Program-made: the position numbers and the translations under genes
Notes under the pieces: generated by a model
Told to the model about the DNA's origin: nothing
Database searches by the model: none
What the model saw: the letters and a program-made list of their open reading frames with translations, nothing else
In this document: positions 37,416 to 49,514 of the stretch, one piece after another
How positions within the stretch are numbered: the first letter of the stretch is position 1
Layout of the letters: each line of letters begins with the position of its first letter
Source: Raja brachyura
Lineage: Eukaryota
Assembly (NCBI GenBank): GCA_963514005.1
Contig: OY740804.1
Coordinates: 14,880,001-14,944,000, forward strand
Direction of reading: 5' to 3'
Length of the DNA stretch: 64,000 nucleotides

Positions 37416-38021
37416 TTATTGGTTTGTGTAACTGTCAGCAGGAAGGAGTAATATTGGCAACAGAGCTCACCCTCTGATGTCTCGCAAAGTCTTGACATTT
37501 TTTTTCAGCATTGCTCCTTTCTTTGGGGATTGTCACTGTATGCAGATAGTATGTCAGACCCTTCCTGCCATATTCCTCATAGTTGGCTCTCTTGCTACAT
37601 AGCATGTGCTTTCTGGCAATGATCCCAGCCACTAACGCCTTGGAGTTCAAGAATGTCGACATGGATATTTCTCTTCTCTCTTTATTTATCTCTTTTTCCT
37701 GATCTCTCTTTTCTCACTTTTCTCCTCTCTCCATCACAGCCTGGCAGTCTTTGTGAACCATTGTAGACTTAGTTTCTTTCTGGCAGTGTCAGGGACTCTG
37801 CACAGAAGGACTATTACCAGCATTTGATTTCTTTTAAAACGATATTCAAAGAAAGCATTTTATTTCAAATTAAAGTAACGCTAATGACCAGCTGGATGCC
37901 TGATGTCACAAGCTGACTTTTGTTTTGAAAAGTGTTATTGCTTTTTTGGATGGTTTTGTCCCCACATTATACTGAAATGTGCTATAACTTTCTATTTGTT
38001 CCAGATTTGATTGACTGAAAA

Positions 38022-38151
38022 ATGGCTCATAAAACAACAGGACGAAGAAATTCTGTTAAAAACCAGGAGAAAAAAACCTATGATTCATTGTATGGATTCA
38101 GTGAGGAAAATGAGAAAAAGTTGGGATGCAGCTATGAAGATGAAAAACTAG
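38022..38151 (+). CDS. SYCP3-like (synaptonemal complex protein 3 family) first coding exon: MAHKTTGRRNSVKNQEKKTYDSLYGFSEENEKKLGCSYEDEKL
   Basis: acceptor tttctatttgttccAG (38003-38004), ATG 38022 in aaaATGg context, donor ag|GTaaag at 38152 (phase 1); YGFSEENEKKLGCSYED resembles the SYCP3 N-terminal YDF..E.KK.LSGSE.D motif. Confidence 0.7.
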
Positions 38152-38457
38152 GTAAAGCACAGTTAAGTGCTTTAAAAATAATCTAAATTATATTTATTAT
38201 TCTGTTTTCGTTATGTGAACTGGCCAGTAAAATCCATCAATACCTGCAGCCTTTGAATATAACCATGTTAGACAAACCTTCACCAATAGAGTAGTTTCTA
38301 TGAAAGTGTCTTATAGCTAATCTATAGCCCTGGATTATGGTGTGTGGAAAGGAGAATATGTGGTTGAATATTGCCCTCTAATTACAGCAATAAGTTCATT
38401 GTGTTGGGCTGTGGACCCAATTTTTTTTTTTAATGAGGAGCAAGGATTTATTGAATA

Positions 38458-39004
38458 CTAGACTAGTTCACACGGGAGGGCTGAAATTCAAACTTCCACC
38501 TCTGGTTGGTGGGCTGGCAGTTGACTCGCGGCTATTCCTTGAAATTCCATTTCAAGCAGAGTGCAGGCCACCAAATTCAAATTAAGTTTCCTACCATATA
38601 AGCAGGGTGCAAGGCCACCAAATTCAAATGCAGTTTCCTACCATTTCAAGCAGGGTGCAAGGCCACCAAATTCAAAAGCAGTTTCCTACCATTTCAAGCA
38701 GTGTGCAAGGCTACCAAGGTGACTCTCTCCCCCATCTTGCAGAGACCCACACTTCTGGGTTTTATAGTCCCTCCCCCCCCCTCCCACCAGACGGTGAATG
38801 ATAGGAGAGAGAATCTCAACATTTTTAAAACACTAATAACTCTTTTATTTTCTATCCATGGGAAAAGTCCTCTTGTTCTGCACACCGGAGGGGGACTCTG
38901 AGTAAGATGGCCAAAAATCACAGCCGTAAGTGGTAGCGATGTTTCTAAAATCAATATGAAGTGCAAACAGGAAGTGGTCATGATGAGACTTTTAATTATA
39001 TAAA
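38458..39004 (-). mobile_element. non-autonomous Helitron-like element with internal ~41-bp tandem repeats
   Basis: minus-strand 3' end CTAG|T at 38458; shares tcacacgggagg with the 21738 copy; 5' end A|TTTATATAATTAAAAGTCTC (TC apparently mutated); repeats at ~38550-38720. Confidence 0.55.
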
Positions 39005-39551
39005 TGACCTTATAACCTTATCCATGTTAATCATTCAATATAACCAATATAACCTTATCCATGTTAATCATTCTTGATGGGTGTGCAGAGTGAATACTAC
39101 TTTATCTCTATTACTAAAGAGTGGAAGATGAATGGGGTTGTTGTGGAGTAGAAGGAAGGAAATTAGGTAGAAAAAAGGGATGGAAAAATATGATCTTGGG
39201 GCAGAAAAAGAAAAGTGGGGAAGGGTAGCAGGTGAAAAGGAGAGAGAGAATGGGTAGAGCTTGAATGGCGGTTTGGAGGATGAGAGAAAATAGAAGAAAT
39301 AGTGAAGGACAAAAGGAGGACAAGTTGTAGAGATGGTAAAGGGAGCCTTAAGAGACAAAATAATGTGTGTAGGAGGAAAACAGGGATATGGCGTATTAAA
39401 AAGGAAGGAAGCAGAATAGCAACATTGACTAGAGCAAAGTATGAGGGAGCAATTAGAAAATATGAGAGGAGGAGAAGGGCATGGATATAAAAATGACAGG
39501 TAAATGAAGTATTGAAGAAAGAGCTATATAAATGAAGTATTGAAGAAATAT

Positions 39552-39592
39552 GATGGTCTGAAGAAGGGTTTCGGCCCGAAACGTTGCCTATC
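39552..39592 (+). ncRNA. minimal type I hammerhead ribozyme motif of Penelope origin
   Basis: gatggt-CTGAAGA-a-gggt[ttcg]gccc-GAAA-cg-TT-gcctatc: conserved core, stem II with UUCG loop, palindromic AACGTT stem III, stem I arms pair. Confidence 0.65.
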
Positions 39593-42585
39593 TCCTTCGC
39601 TTCTTAGATGCTTCTGCACCCGCTGAGTTTCCCCAGCTTTTTGTGTACTATTGATGAAAGAGAGTAGTTCTGATTTATGAAGGGAAATTGGAGAATGGAC
39701 TGCAAGCAAGGTGAAGTTAGATGGAATGGTTGAAAATATTTGGAGAGAAGGAAGAGAGCACCACTTTGGGAAGCTCCAGAATAGCGAATGTAAGAATAGT
39801 GTGGGAGAAGATCATAAAGATAGGATGGGAAGGAAATATAATGGTTGTAGGATGGGGCAAAGGAAGATGAAGAAAAAGAGAGGAGAGAGTCAATGGTCAT
39901 GGTAATGAATGCAGAAACATGTTGGGAGTCTCTCACCAAACTTAAAGATATACAATGGGATTGTAGTGAATGGGCACTCAGCTGCTCCTGTGGAATCTGT
40001 TGGGAATCAAATTCCTGAGATGGACAGAGACGGGGGAAGAAAGACTGGATGGGAGGAAAAGGAAGAGTACAAGAATAGTTGGGAGTAATGTGGAGAGAGG
40101 AAGTTGTGCAGAAAACAAAAGGAATGAGAGAGAGGGGAAAGAAAGAGGGATTTACAGAGAAGTGAGGAGTATGGAGTAAATGGGGTACAAAGAGGCTTGC
40201 ACAGAGATAGGAGAATGAAGAGTGTTTTACTATCATATGTATCAAAACGGGATAATGAAATTCATACTTGCTGCAGCACATGTTTGTAAACACATTACTC
40301 AATAGATAATATAATATTGAGATATATCAAAGGCCCAAGATCTGGATCTAATCCATTATTAATTCATATGCTTTGGATTAGAAACATAGAAAATAGGTGC
40401 AGGTGTAGGCCATTCGGCCCTTCGAGCCAGCACTGCCATTCAATTATGATCATGGCTGATCATCCAAAATCAGTACCCCATTCCGGCTTTTTCCCCATAT
40501 CCCTTGATTCCCTCAGCCCTAAGAGCTAAATGTAATTTAATCTGACTTCAGTCTGACTTGGCAATAAAAGAGGTAGAAAAGAAAATCAATATTGAAATCA
40601 GATCTGTCTCCCTCCAAGGGTTCAGACTTCTCTCTCCAAGGGTTCTTTTTGTTGTAGCTACCCTAAAACATGTCTAACATGCAAGCTTAACAATGAATGT
40701 CCAAACTATTTTTAGAAAACTGAGGATGTGAGAATCTGAATTTGTAAGATGTGTCTCCTGCGCTCAGGACCCACATTTCTCACAATACGGCTGTTCACTC
40801 TGTGACCGAATAATTTTTCTCTGGGTTTTCCGGTTTCTTTCCACATCTCAAAAATGTGGGGGGTTGGTAGATAAATTGACAAGTATAAATTGCTACTGTT
40901 GTATAATTCGATTACACAATTGATGGGAATGTGATGGGAAGGGTGGAATTGCTCGGTGAGCCATAATGGACTTGATGGGTTTAATGACCTATCTACGTTG
41001 TATGAAAATATGTGCAATTGGTAAATGTTGTACAGAGATCAATGTATGCAAAAAATCTATACGTCAGTTAGGTGCAAATGTTTTTGCAGTCATTAAGCAT
41101 CGGTGAGGAGATAATATAAGCAGTTTAATCTGTACCTGAAGAGGTACGAGTTAATCAAACTAATGAACTGCTGCTGCTAATTTACAATAAAAAACAAAAT
41201 CTTGGAGTAACTCAATGGGTCAGGCAGCATCTCTAGAGGACATGGGTAGCCAACATTTCGGGGTGGAAACCTTCATGCTATTTGTAGTAGGGGGCAGAAA
41301 CCATGAAAAGAGGTGAAGGTAGGATGAAGCCTGGCAAATGATAGGTGGATACAGGTAAAGGGGATTTTGTTTCCCACATCGGTGGACAAAGGGTAGAATT
41401 AAAAAGGAGACAAAAGGCTTTCTTCTTCTTCTTGCATATGGCATGCACAGCCTAAAGTTGTAGGACAACTTGTTCTATTTGATCTTATGTGATTGTGCAC
41501 GCCGGGTTGATTGCATTCGTCAAAACAGGGCGGACCACGTGAAGGTCGCATTCTTCCACCCATCAAAAAGCTACAAGAGAGAAGAGGAGTGAAACACGAA
41601 GCCAGAGGAAGCGATGTAGGTGGAAGAGACAGAAGAAGAGGAAAGTAAGGCATGACATGAGCAAATAGGCTCCATGTCGGAGAAGGTAAAGGGATCCAGG
41701 CTAATTTTGGCAAATTGGATCTTAAATTGATATGGTGACAGGAAGCAGACAGTAATAGTGAAGATAGACAAAAAATGTATTGTAGGAGGACTGTTAACAA
41801 TCTGATATGCACAATTAGGTAGGACTCTGGGAATTACTAAGGAACAGAAAGACTGAGATGTACATGTACAAGGATCCCTGAAGGCAGCAAGACAGGTAGA
41901 TACGGTGGTTAAGAAGGTACAGGGGCTACCTGCCTTCATTTGCTGGGGCAGACACTGTATGAGCAAGGAGATTATGGTTCAGCTTGATAAAAATTGCTTG
42001 GTGGACTACAACTGAAGAAGTACATGGTTCTGGTGTCACACATTTGGAAGGATTGATTGGATAGAGAATTGGAGTCACGGAAGGAAGCAGACGGTGATGG
42101 TGGAAGGTTGTTTCTTGGACAGGTGGTCTGTGACTAATGGACTGCCTCCATTAGCAATGGATCAGTGCTGGGCTCTTTGCTGTTTGTCGTTTTTTTATCA
42201 ATAATTTGGATGAGAATGTACGTCATATTTATCGTTTGCATATGACACAAAAGGCATCGTAGGTTATCGAAAATTGCAGCAAAATCTTGATCGGTTGGGC
42301 ATGCGGGCTGAGGAATGGTTAATGGTGTTTAATACAGATAAATGCGAGGTGTTGCATTTTGGGAAGTCAAACCAGGGAGGGGGGATCTTTGCATGGCGAA
42401 GGCTCAAGTGGGAACCTGACTGAGAAGCATAAATGGGCTAGACAGTATTATAACAAACTATAACAAGAAAACAGTGTTTTAAAAGAAATTGTAAGAGATT
42501 TAGAGGGCTCTTGCACTTTTACACCACAGGATGATTAAAATCCGGACCACAGTGCTTGAGGGAATGGTGGAGGCAAGCACTCTAA

Positions 42586-42881
42586 AGGGCCTGTCCCACT
42601 TAAGCAATTTTTTCGGCGACTTGCCGGCACCTGTCATAGCTGCAGTAGGTCGCCGAAAGTGTTAAAAATGTTGAAAATCCAGCGGCGACCAGAAAAAGGT
42701 ACGACTCTTTGGGCCACATGTCACGGGGTGACGTCTGTATGGTTGTGAGTAGTGGCCCAAAGAGTCGTGCCTTTTACAGGTCGTCGCTGGATTTTCAACA
42801 TTTCGAAAATTGTCGTCGACCTGCTGCGACAGACGGATGCTGGCAACTCGCCGAAACATTTGCGTAAGTGGGACAGGCCAT
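42586..42881. mobile_element. PIF/Harbinger-like MITE
   Basis: TIRs AGGGCCTGTCCCACTTA / TAAGTGGGACAGGCCAT, extensively palindromic interior, TAA on the left flank; inserted in a CR1 3' region. Confidence 0.75.
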
Positions 42882-43812
42882 TTGCAACATTTAAACACTT
42901 GAAATGCCATGGCATGGCTGTGCATAGACTAAGTGCGGGGAAATAAGTACGATGACTGACATATAAATACTAGATCAAGGGGTGTGTTTCTATGCTGCGT
43001 GATTCTATGGTTGCTCACTGATCTCACTTTTCAGGATTTCAGAAGATTATTGTATGCACCAATGTGCCTGTCCCTGCAGAGCTCCACGGGGGAATAGCTT
43101 GGATTAGAGCAGCAAATGTCATGGGAACTAACATTTGGCATTAGGGTACAGCAGTCAGGTAGAAGGGGAGCTTGCTGAGCCCTGTAACTGAGATTTCTTC
43201 CCAATCTTCCAAATTTGAGAGAATGAAGATAACAAATAATATGCCACCCACTAGGTGGCAGCAACAGTAGAAAGAGAAACAGTCAAAGGTTTCAGTCAAA
43301 GATCCTTCATCAGAATTGAAATCATGACAAAACAAGTTAGTTTTCAGTTGAGGATGCGAGGATGGGGATTGCGAGGATGGGGATTGACTGATAGAATAAA
43401 GGGAATATCTTAGTTAGGGTAAGACTAGGATTCCCTTCGTATTATCCAGTTTACAAATAATTCCAGTGAATATGTTGTTTAGGATTGTTAGGGAGAGTAA
43501 AAATAAAGAGAGAGGTAAAAGCTTTGAAATACACGTGGGAGCCAACGAAAACTGAAACCAAAAGGAATGCTGGAAATGCCAGTGGAATAGTATCTGTGGA
43601 GAGTTAAAAAATGAATAATATTACAAGCGGATAAACCTTACAGCAGAACTAGCTATTTCGGATACAAACAGAGAAAACAAGTTCACTGAAATTGTTGAAT
43701 ATGATGTTGAATGCTGACAGCTACAACTTGACCAGATAGAAGGCTTGGTGCTGTTCTCCAAGCTAACATTGGGCGTTGTTGGAATAGTGCAGGAAGCCAC
43801 AAAGAGGTCGGT

Positions 43813-44692
43813 AGGGGCGCTGCAATCCAGCAGCCCTGCCAGCAGCGTGTTAGTTTTTTCAACTTTTAAAATTTTTTTAGTGTGTCATAATGTGTGTTTA
43901 CAATGTTTCTTTGTGTATCTTGTATGGGGGGGTAAGGGGGAAACCGTTTTGGTCGCCTCCTCCACGGAGAGGCGACTTTTTCCATGTCGCCTCCCCCGTG
44001 GCCTAACAGCAAGGTTCCACGTGTGGCCTTTCCCGGAGACGTGCCCGGGGCTTCAGCGGCGGGTGCAGCGTGGACTCTCGTTGCGGAGTGGGCGAGCCCT
44101 CGCCGGAGGGGAGGGTCCGCGGCAGTCTGAAGCTGCGGTCTGCGGAGCTCCAGCTGGCGCGCGTCCGCAGCATGGGATCCCTCATTGGGGACCCAGGAGG
44201 AGAAGAAGCTCCGACCGCCGGCCCGTGGCCTACTTCTATCGTGGGCGCGGCGGTGATTTACCATCGGGAGCGGGGTCCCTCATCGAGGACCCCTAGAGAG
44301 GATCTCTGACCGTCGGCTTTGCGGTCTGCAGTGCTTCTGCCTGCGGCATGGCGGGGACTTTAAATCTTCGACCTGTGGCCTACACCAACCTGAAGCCGTG
44401 GTCTCGGTGGGGAAGCACCAATTCAGGACTTGCCTGGACTTTATCTTGTCTGAACATCTGGACGCCCGCAGCGGCGGCTACGGAGGGTTGAGGTCTCGAC
44501 CCCGGGAAAAAATGGAGGAGGACTGGGCAAATTGTGTGCCTACCACCACAGTGATGAATGCTGTGGTGGATGTTTGTGTTAAATTTTTAGTATGTTTTTT
44601 GTGTGTTCTTTTTTCATTGTACCGCTGCTGGCAAAGTCATATCACTTGCACTTTATGTGCAAGTGATGAATAAAACTGATATTGATATTGAT
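43813..44692 (+). mobile_element. non-autonomous LINE-derived element with GC-rich core and (GATATT)n tail
   Basis: same architecture as 25161-25777; interrupts an older Penelope-like remnant (~43250-45460). Confidence 0.55.
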
Positions 44693-45469
44693 AAACAGAA
44701 GGTCAGAGTGGGAGTGAGATAAGAAATAAAAGTGATAGCTAACAGGAAGCTCAGGGTTATTCCTAAAGACCGAACAAAAGTGCTACTGAAGTTATCACCT
44801 ATCTGCATTTGGTTTCTCCAAATAAGAGGAGACTACATCGTGAGCAATATAAGCTGTACACTACAGTGGTAGAAGTACATGTAAAATGCTGGTTAACCCT
44901 GATAGGACATTTTGAGCTATGAGATGGTGGCAAGGGAAGAGGTACCAATGCATTTGTTACATGTACTATGGTTGGATGAGAAAGTGCTATGAGAGGGAAA
45001 TGGTTTCGCCAGACTTCTGAAAGGATAGGAAAGGATATTGTTGTTGTACTGCAGATCCATTGAATGCAGAGGCGGGTGGACTGGAAATTGAGGACCTGAG
45101 GAACTCTATCCTGGCTCTGGTCCAGTGCAAAGGAGGGAAGAGCAGAAGAGCAGATGTAGATTATAGGCAGCAGAGAGCTTAATCAACTATGTTAGACTGG
45201 AAGGCATGATTAATCTCAGAGGTCTTGTAATCAGAGCTGATATGATGAGGTCGGAGGAACTTGGCGAATGGAATGAAATCCTTCCAGGAGGCAGTGGGAG
45301 GAAGAATAGTCAAGATATTTGTGAAAGTCTATGGGTTATAATAGATGTTTGTTGCTGACTAATCCTCTGAAATGGAAGACAGAGATCCAGAAAGGGAAAG
45401 GAAGAATCGGAGATGTGATGGGTGCAGCATGGTGGAAATTGCTGTCAAAAACAAATTGTCAAGCTCCAT

Positions 45470-46589
45470 ATGAGTGCAGAAAGCAAGACCTTCTACGCCT
45501 GCTTGGATGAGACACTGTCTAGAATCCCCAGGGAGGATAAGATTCTTCTCTTGGGAGACTTCAACGCCAGGGTCGGCCGGGACGAACATGTCTGGAAGGG
45601 TACCATAGGCATCGGGAACATCAACTCCAACGGAGCTCTGCTTCTCAGCAAATGTGCACAGCACGACCTCACCATCACTAAAACCCTCTTTCGCCAGAAA
45701 AACAAACTTAAGGCATCTTGGAGACACCCCCGCTCCAAACAGTGGCATCTCATTGACTGTCATTGTACGAGCCAGGGACCGCCGTGACGTGAACATCACA
45801 AGGGCCATGATTGCTGGACAGATCATCGCCTCATCCGCACCATGATGTCCATCAAACTCAAGAGGAAGAGGATTCAAAATAAGCAGATCCGGCCAAGGCT
45901 GAAGCTTGAAAGCCTAGAAGTAACCTACCGAGCAGCGACTTCGGGCTTCTCTTGTGGAAAGCCTCCAATAGGAATATCCTGATGACATTGAAGAGCACTG
46001 GAAACGGCTCAAATCCACCATCCTTGATACCTGCAAAACGATCTTTGGGTGCAATTCCAGAAAACATCAGGACCGGTTTGACGAGAACGACAGAGATAGA
46101 ACAGCTCATCTCCAAGAAAAGGAAAGCCTTTTTTGCCTGGCAAAATGATGTAACCTGCAAGGCCAAAAGAGAGGCTCACTCCAGAGACAAGACGAATGTC
46201 CAGAGTCGGGTGAGGGAGTTAAGAACTCTTGGTGGGCAGAAAAAGCTCTGGAAATCCAGAGACTGGCAGACTCGGGTGACACCAGAGGCTTCTTCAGCGC
46301 TACTAAGGCCGTCTATGGTGCAAGCTACTACGGTGTAAACCCCCTGCTCTCAAAGGACAGGCAAGAACTGCTGAAGGACAATGTCCATAAATGCCCAATG
46401 GGAGGAGCACTTCCAGGAACTCCTCAACTGTGACAGCACAACTGAACCAGACATTACCGACCACATTCCGCAGAGTCCCATCAGAGAAGACACCGAAGAA
46501 CCTCCCACTATGACAGAGGTTCAAGATGCCATCAAGAGCCTTAAGAACAACAAGGCCACCGGTCCTGATGGGATCCCAGCTGAGATTTT
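45470..46589 (+). mobile_element. RTE-clade LINE, 5' part (endonuclease and tether)
   Basis: FY..LD......DKILLLGDFNARVG, N.NG..LL..C, WRHPRSKQWHLID, LKNNKATGPDGIPAEI. Confidence 0.9.
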
Positions 46590-47624
46590 CTTTTTTAAAA
46601 AAAAAAAATTATTTATTTATTTAAATTTTTTATTAGAAGTAATGTACAATAATATAAACCAAAAATAACATAGTACATTTCATGTACCACTTCTTGTTTT
46701 TAAATTTAATAATAGAAAAGTATCAGGAGCAAGAAAAAGAAAAGTAGAGAAAGTTAATTAAGATAGTGATATTAATAGTATGTGAAAAAGTGGAAAGAAA
46801 GAGCCCATAAAGATGTAAAGCCCGAGAAAGAGAAAGAGAAGAGAAAACAGAGGAAAATATAAATAAAATAAATTAAAATAAAAGGGATATACCTGCTTCG
46901 TGTCTTTACACCCCTCACCCTGTCCTGAAACAGTTTATTTACAGAATTATATGTTGCACCTTATGCTTGTAATAAGTCGATAAATAGAGACCAAATCTTT
47001 AAGAATTGGTCTGATTTGTATGCTAGGACGAATCTCATGTCTTCGAGGTGTAACGTTTCAGACATATTTGAAATCCACATTTTTAGCGTTGGTGTCGGTG
47101 TATTTTTCCAGAATTTAAATTTAAGTATACATTTTTTTGCCGTTACTAAGCCATAATTAAGGAAACTCTTTAGGAACGAAGTCAGCTCAAAGCCGGCTTC
47201 CATTGTTCCAAAAATAATCAGTTCTGCGTTGGGTTTCAGTTTTATTTTAAATAATTCTGTAAAAATTTCAAAATTTAATTCCAAAATTTTTGGATTTTTA
47301 TGCAAAAAACAAAGGAATGTGCCATGGTTGCATCTTGAGATAAACATTTATCAGAAATGGGGGAGACATTTGGAAAGATTTTGTTCATTTTAGTTTTCGA
47401 ATAATATAATCTATGTAAAATTTTGAATTGAATTAAGATATGCCTTACATTGATCATTTATGCACATATAGCAAGTATTTATCCCATCTCTCTTTTGACA
47501 TTTTTATAGATAGTTCTTGTTCCCAATCTCTTCTAATTGTGTCAGATGATGGTATTTCTATATTTAAAATGATATTATACAAGTATGATATTAAGTTAGT
47601 TGAGTCCGCCTTTCTGTTCATAGC
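46590..47624 (-). mobile_element. L1/Tx1-like LINE 3' fragment A
   Basis: IQFKILHRLYYSKTKMNKIFP....(C)DKC.....T..H.F..C zinc knuckle and F.KIW..FI C-terminus; A-rich 3' tail toward 46590. Confidence 0.85.
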
Positions 47625-49475
47625 ATATTTATTTTATTAGAAGCAATTGTACAAGGAGAAAGTAATCGACATAACAATTATACAATTTTAGTACAGCTTC
47701 AGTTTTAAGATTTTACGAGACCAAGTGCAGACCCATTGGGTCTGTTCCCCCAACGTGTAGTTGCAGGAGGGGGGGGGGGGGCTGAGGGAGGCGGCATGCG
47801 GCGTCACATACACTAACTACCCCCGCATACACACTAACTACCCCCTTGATATATTAATATTGTTAATTTGCTCCTTTTACCCCATAACCGCCCTATCCAC
47901 TGACACATAGCCCCCAACTCGCAGGTCCGTCTAGAGAGGGGGTGGGGGGGGGGGTAGAGAGTGTGGGCAGAGAGAGAACGGGGAGATACGGAGAGAGAGG
48001 CAGAGACAGAAGGGCAGGAGACAGAGGGAGAGGGAGGAGAGGGGAAGAGAGAGAGGGGGCTTAGAAGGGGGGAGGGGGAGGGGGAGTGGTGGGAAAGGAG
48101 GGGGAGAGGTGGGGTAGAATGGAGGAGAGAGGTGGAGGGAAAATAGTAGGAGTGTGGAGGGGTGAAGGGGGTTTAGGGGAGGGAGGGTGGGGGAGGGCAG
48201 GTGGTTGGGGGAGAGAGAGGGAGGGGGAGAGAGGGGGGAGATGAAAGAGGGGGGGAGGGAGAGAGAGGAGAGGGGGAGGGGGAGAGAAAGAGTGAGGAGG
48301 GGTGGGGCGGCAGACCGAGCGCAAGGCACGGAGCGATCTGAGGACGGTGAAAAGCAGCAGGGGGACCAGCCGATCGTGGCGTCCACCAGCGTGACAGAGC
48401 CGGGCCAGGCCGGGGGGGGGGGGGGGGGAGTGGAGGAGAGGGGAGTAGGTGAGAAGAGATGTGGGGGGGGGGGGGGGGGGACCGGGCTGCCAAATGAAGA
48501 GGGGGAGAGAAGCGGCATCTGACTCTGGAAGCCCACAGGTGGAATGAACGCGCAGGGCTTCACGAGCTGCGCCAACAGTGATGAGAAAATTCAGCGTGTG
48601 ATCCTATAGCGGAACAGAGCTGTATGAGGATAACTTATGAGGAGTAGATTCAGCGCATGAGGAGTCGCTGGCCCAAGATCTGTAGAACAAAGAAGCTATA
48701 GCGGAACGGAGCTGTAGAATGTTTGTTCTGCAGAACTTTCTCGATCTTTCTGCGCATTCAATCCACAGCGGGGGGGGGGGCCTGGAGGTAGGTGGGCGTG
48801 GATTGGTGGGCATGTGGGCATTGTGACGTCAGCAGCTGGCGAGCGACGTTTATATTTAAAAATTTGAGTTTTGTGATCAATTTTATTCAAAATCTGGGGA
48901 AATAATTGACCAAGGAGTGGATTTCTGAACGCAAGTTAAATCCCTACCGAAATTGTAAAAATCTCTGCGTTTTTGCGTCTGGTTTTCGAGGAGATACGTT
49001 TCACGTGCAAATTAACACACACACACATTCACACCGAGTTTTAAAAGCGTATAGATATGATAAACTAATAAGTAAATCAGAAAAAAGGAAAGAAGGGAAA
49101 GGAAGAAGAAAGGAAAATAAATGAAAGAATTTCTTTCAGTGGAAAAAAAAGTGGAGAGATATCCCACTACCCTTCCCTACACCCGCTCACCCGACCCTAG
49201 CGTCGGTTTTGAATTTGTGTCAACCAAATTCAATGAAAGGAGACCATATTTTGGAAAATGGATCTGATTTGTCAGACAAAACAAGCCTTATTTTTTCTAA
49301 ATGTAGTGTCTTGTCATTTCTTTGATCTACGTCTTCACTATGGGAACTGTTATCTTTTTCCAGAGTTTAAGTTTTTTTGCAGTTATTAAACCATAGTCAA
49401 GGAAGCGTCTTTGGAATATCGTTAACTTAGGGCAGCCCTCTGACATTCCTAACATTATTAATTTTGAATCTGACT
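47625..49475 (-). mobile_element. L1/Tx1-like LINE 3' fragment B (interrupted by a Helitron at 47716-49055)
   Basis: FLDYGLITAKK..LWK motif; 3' end shares ttattagaag with fragment A; whole L1 block bounded by CCAGCTGAGAT(T/C)TT at 46576-46589 and 49476-49489. Confidence 0.75.
47716..49055 (-). mobile_element. non-autonomous Helitron
   Basis: minus strand: A|TCTATAC...hairpin CAGACCC-AAT-GGGTCTG...CTCG|T; no TSD; removal gives contiguous ttttatatgat. Confidence 0.75.
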
Positions 49476-49514
49476 CCAGCTGAGATCTTAAAGGAAGGTG
49501 GACCGGAACTCCTG

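Noticed and set aside
38022-38151. Possibility that the plus-strand gene is CEPT1, the human neighbour of DRAM2
   Set aside because: Peptide lacks CEPT1 N-terminal motifs (QLKRLEEHRY..) and fits SYCP3 better
38550-38720. Regularly spaced ~41-bp repeats resembling a CRISPR array
   Set aside because: No unique spacers, vertebrate context, no cas genes; a minisatellite inside a Helitron-like element
39604-40302. 232-aa minus-strand ORF
   Set aside because: Falls in a purine-skewed tract and crosses a Penelope insert; F/S/L/P-biased with no domain
47931-48575. 214-aa proline-rich ORF
   Set aside because: Translation of a G/A homopurine tract inside the Helitron
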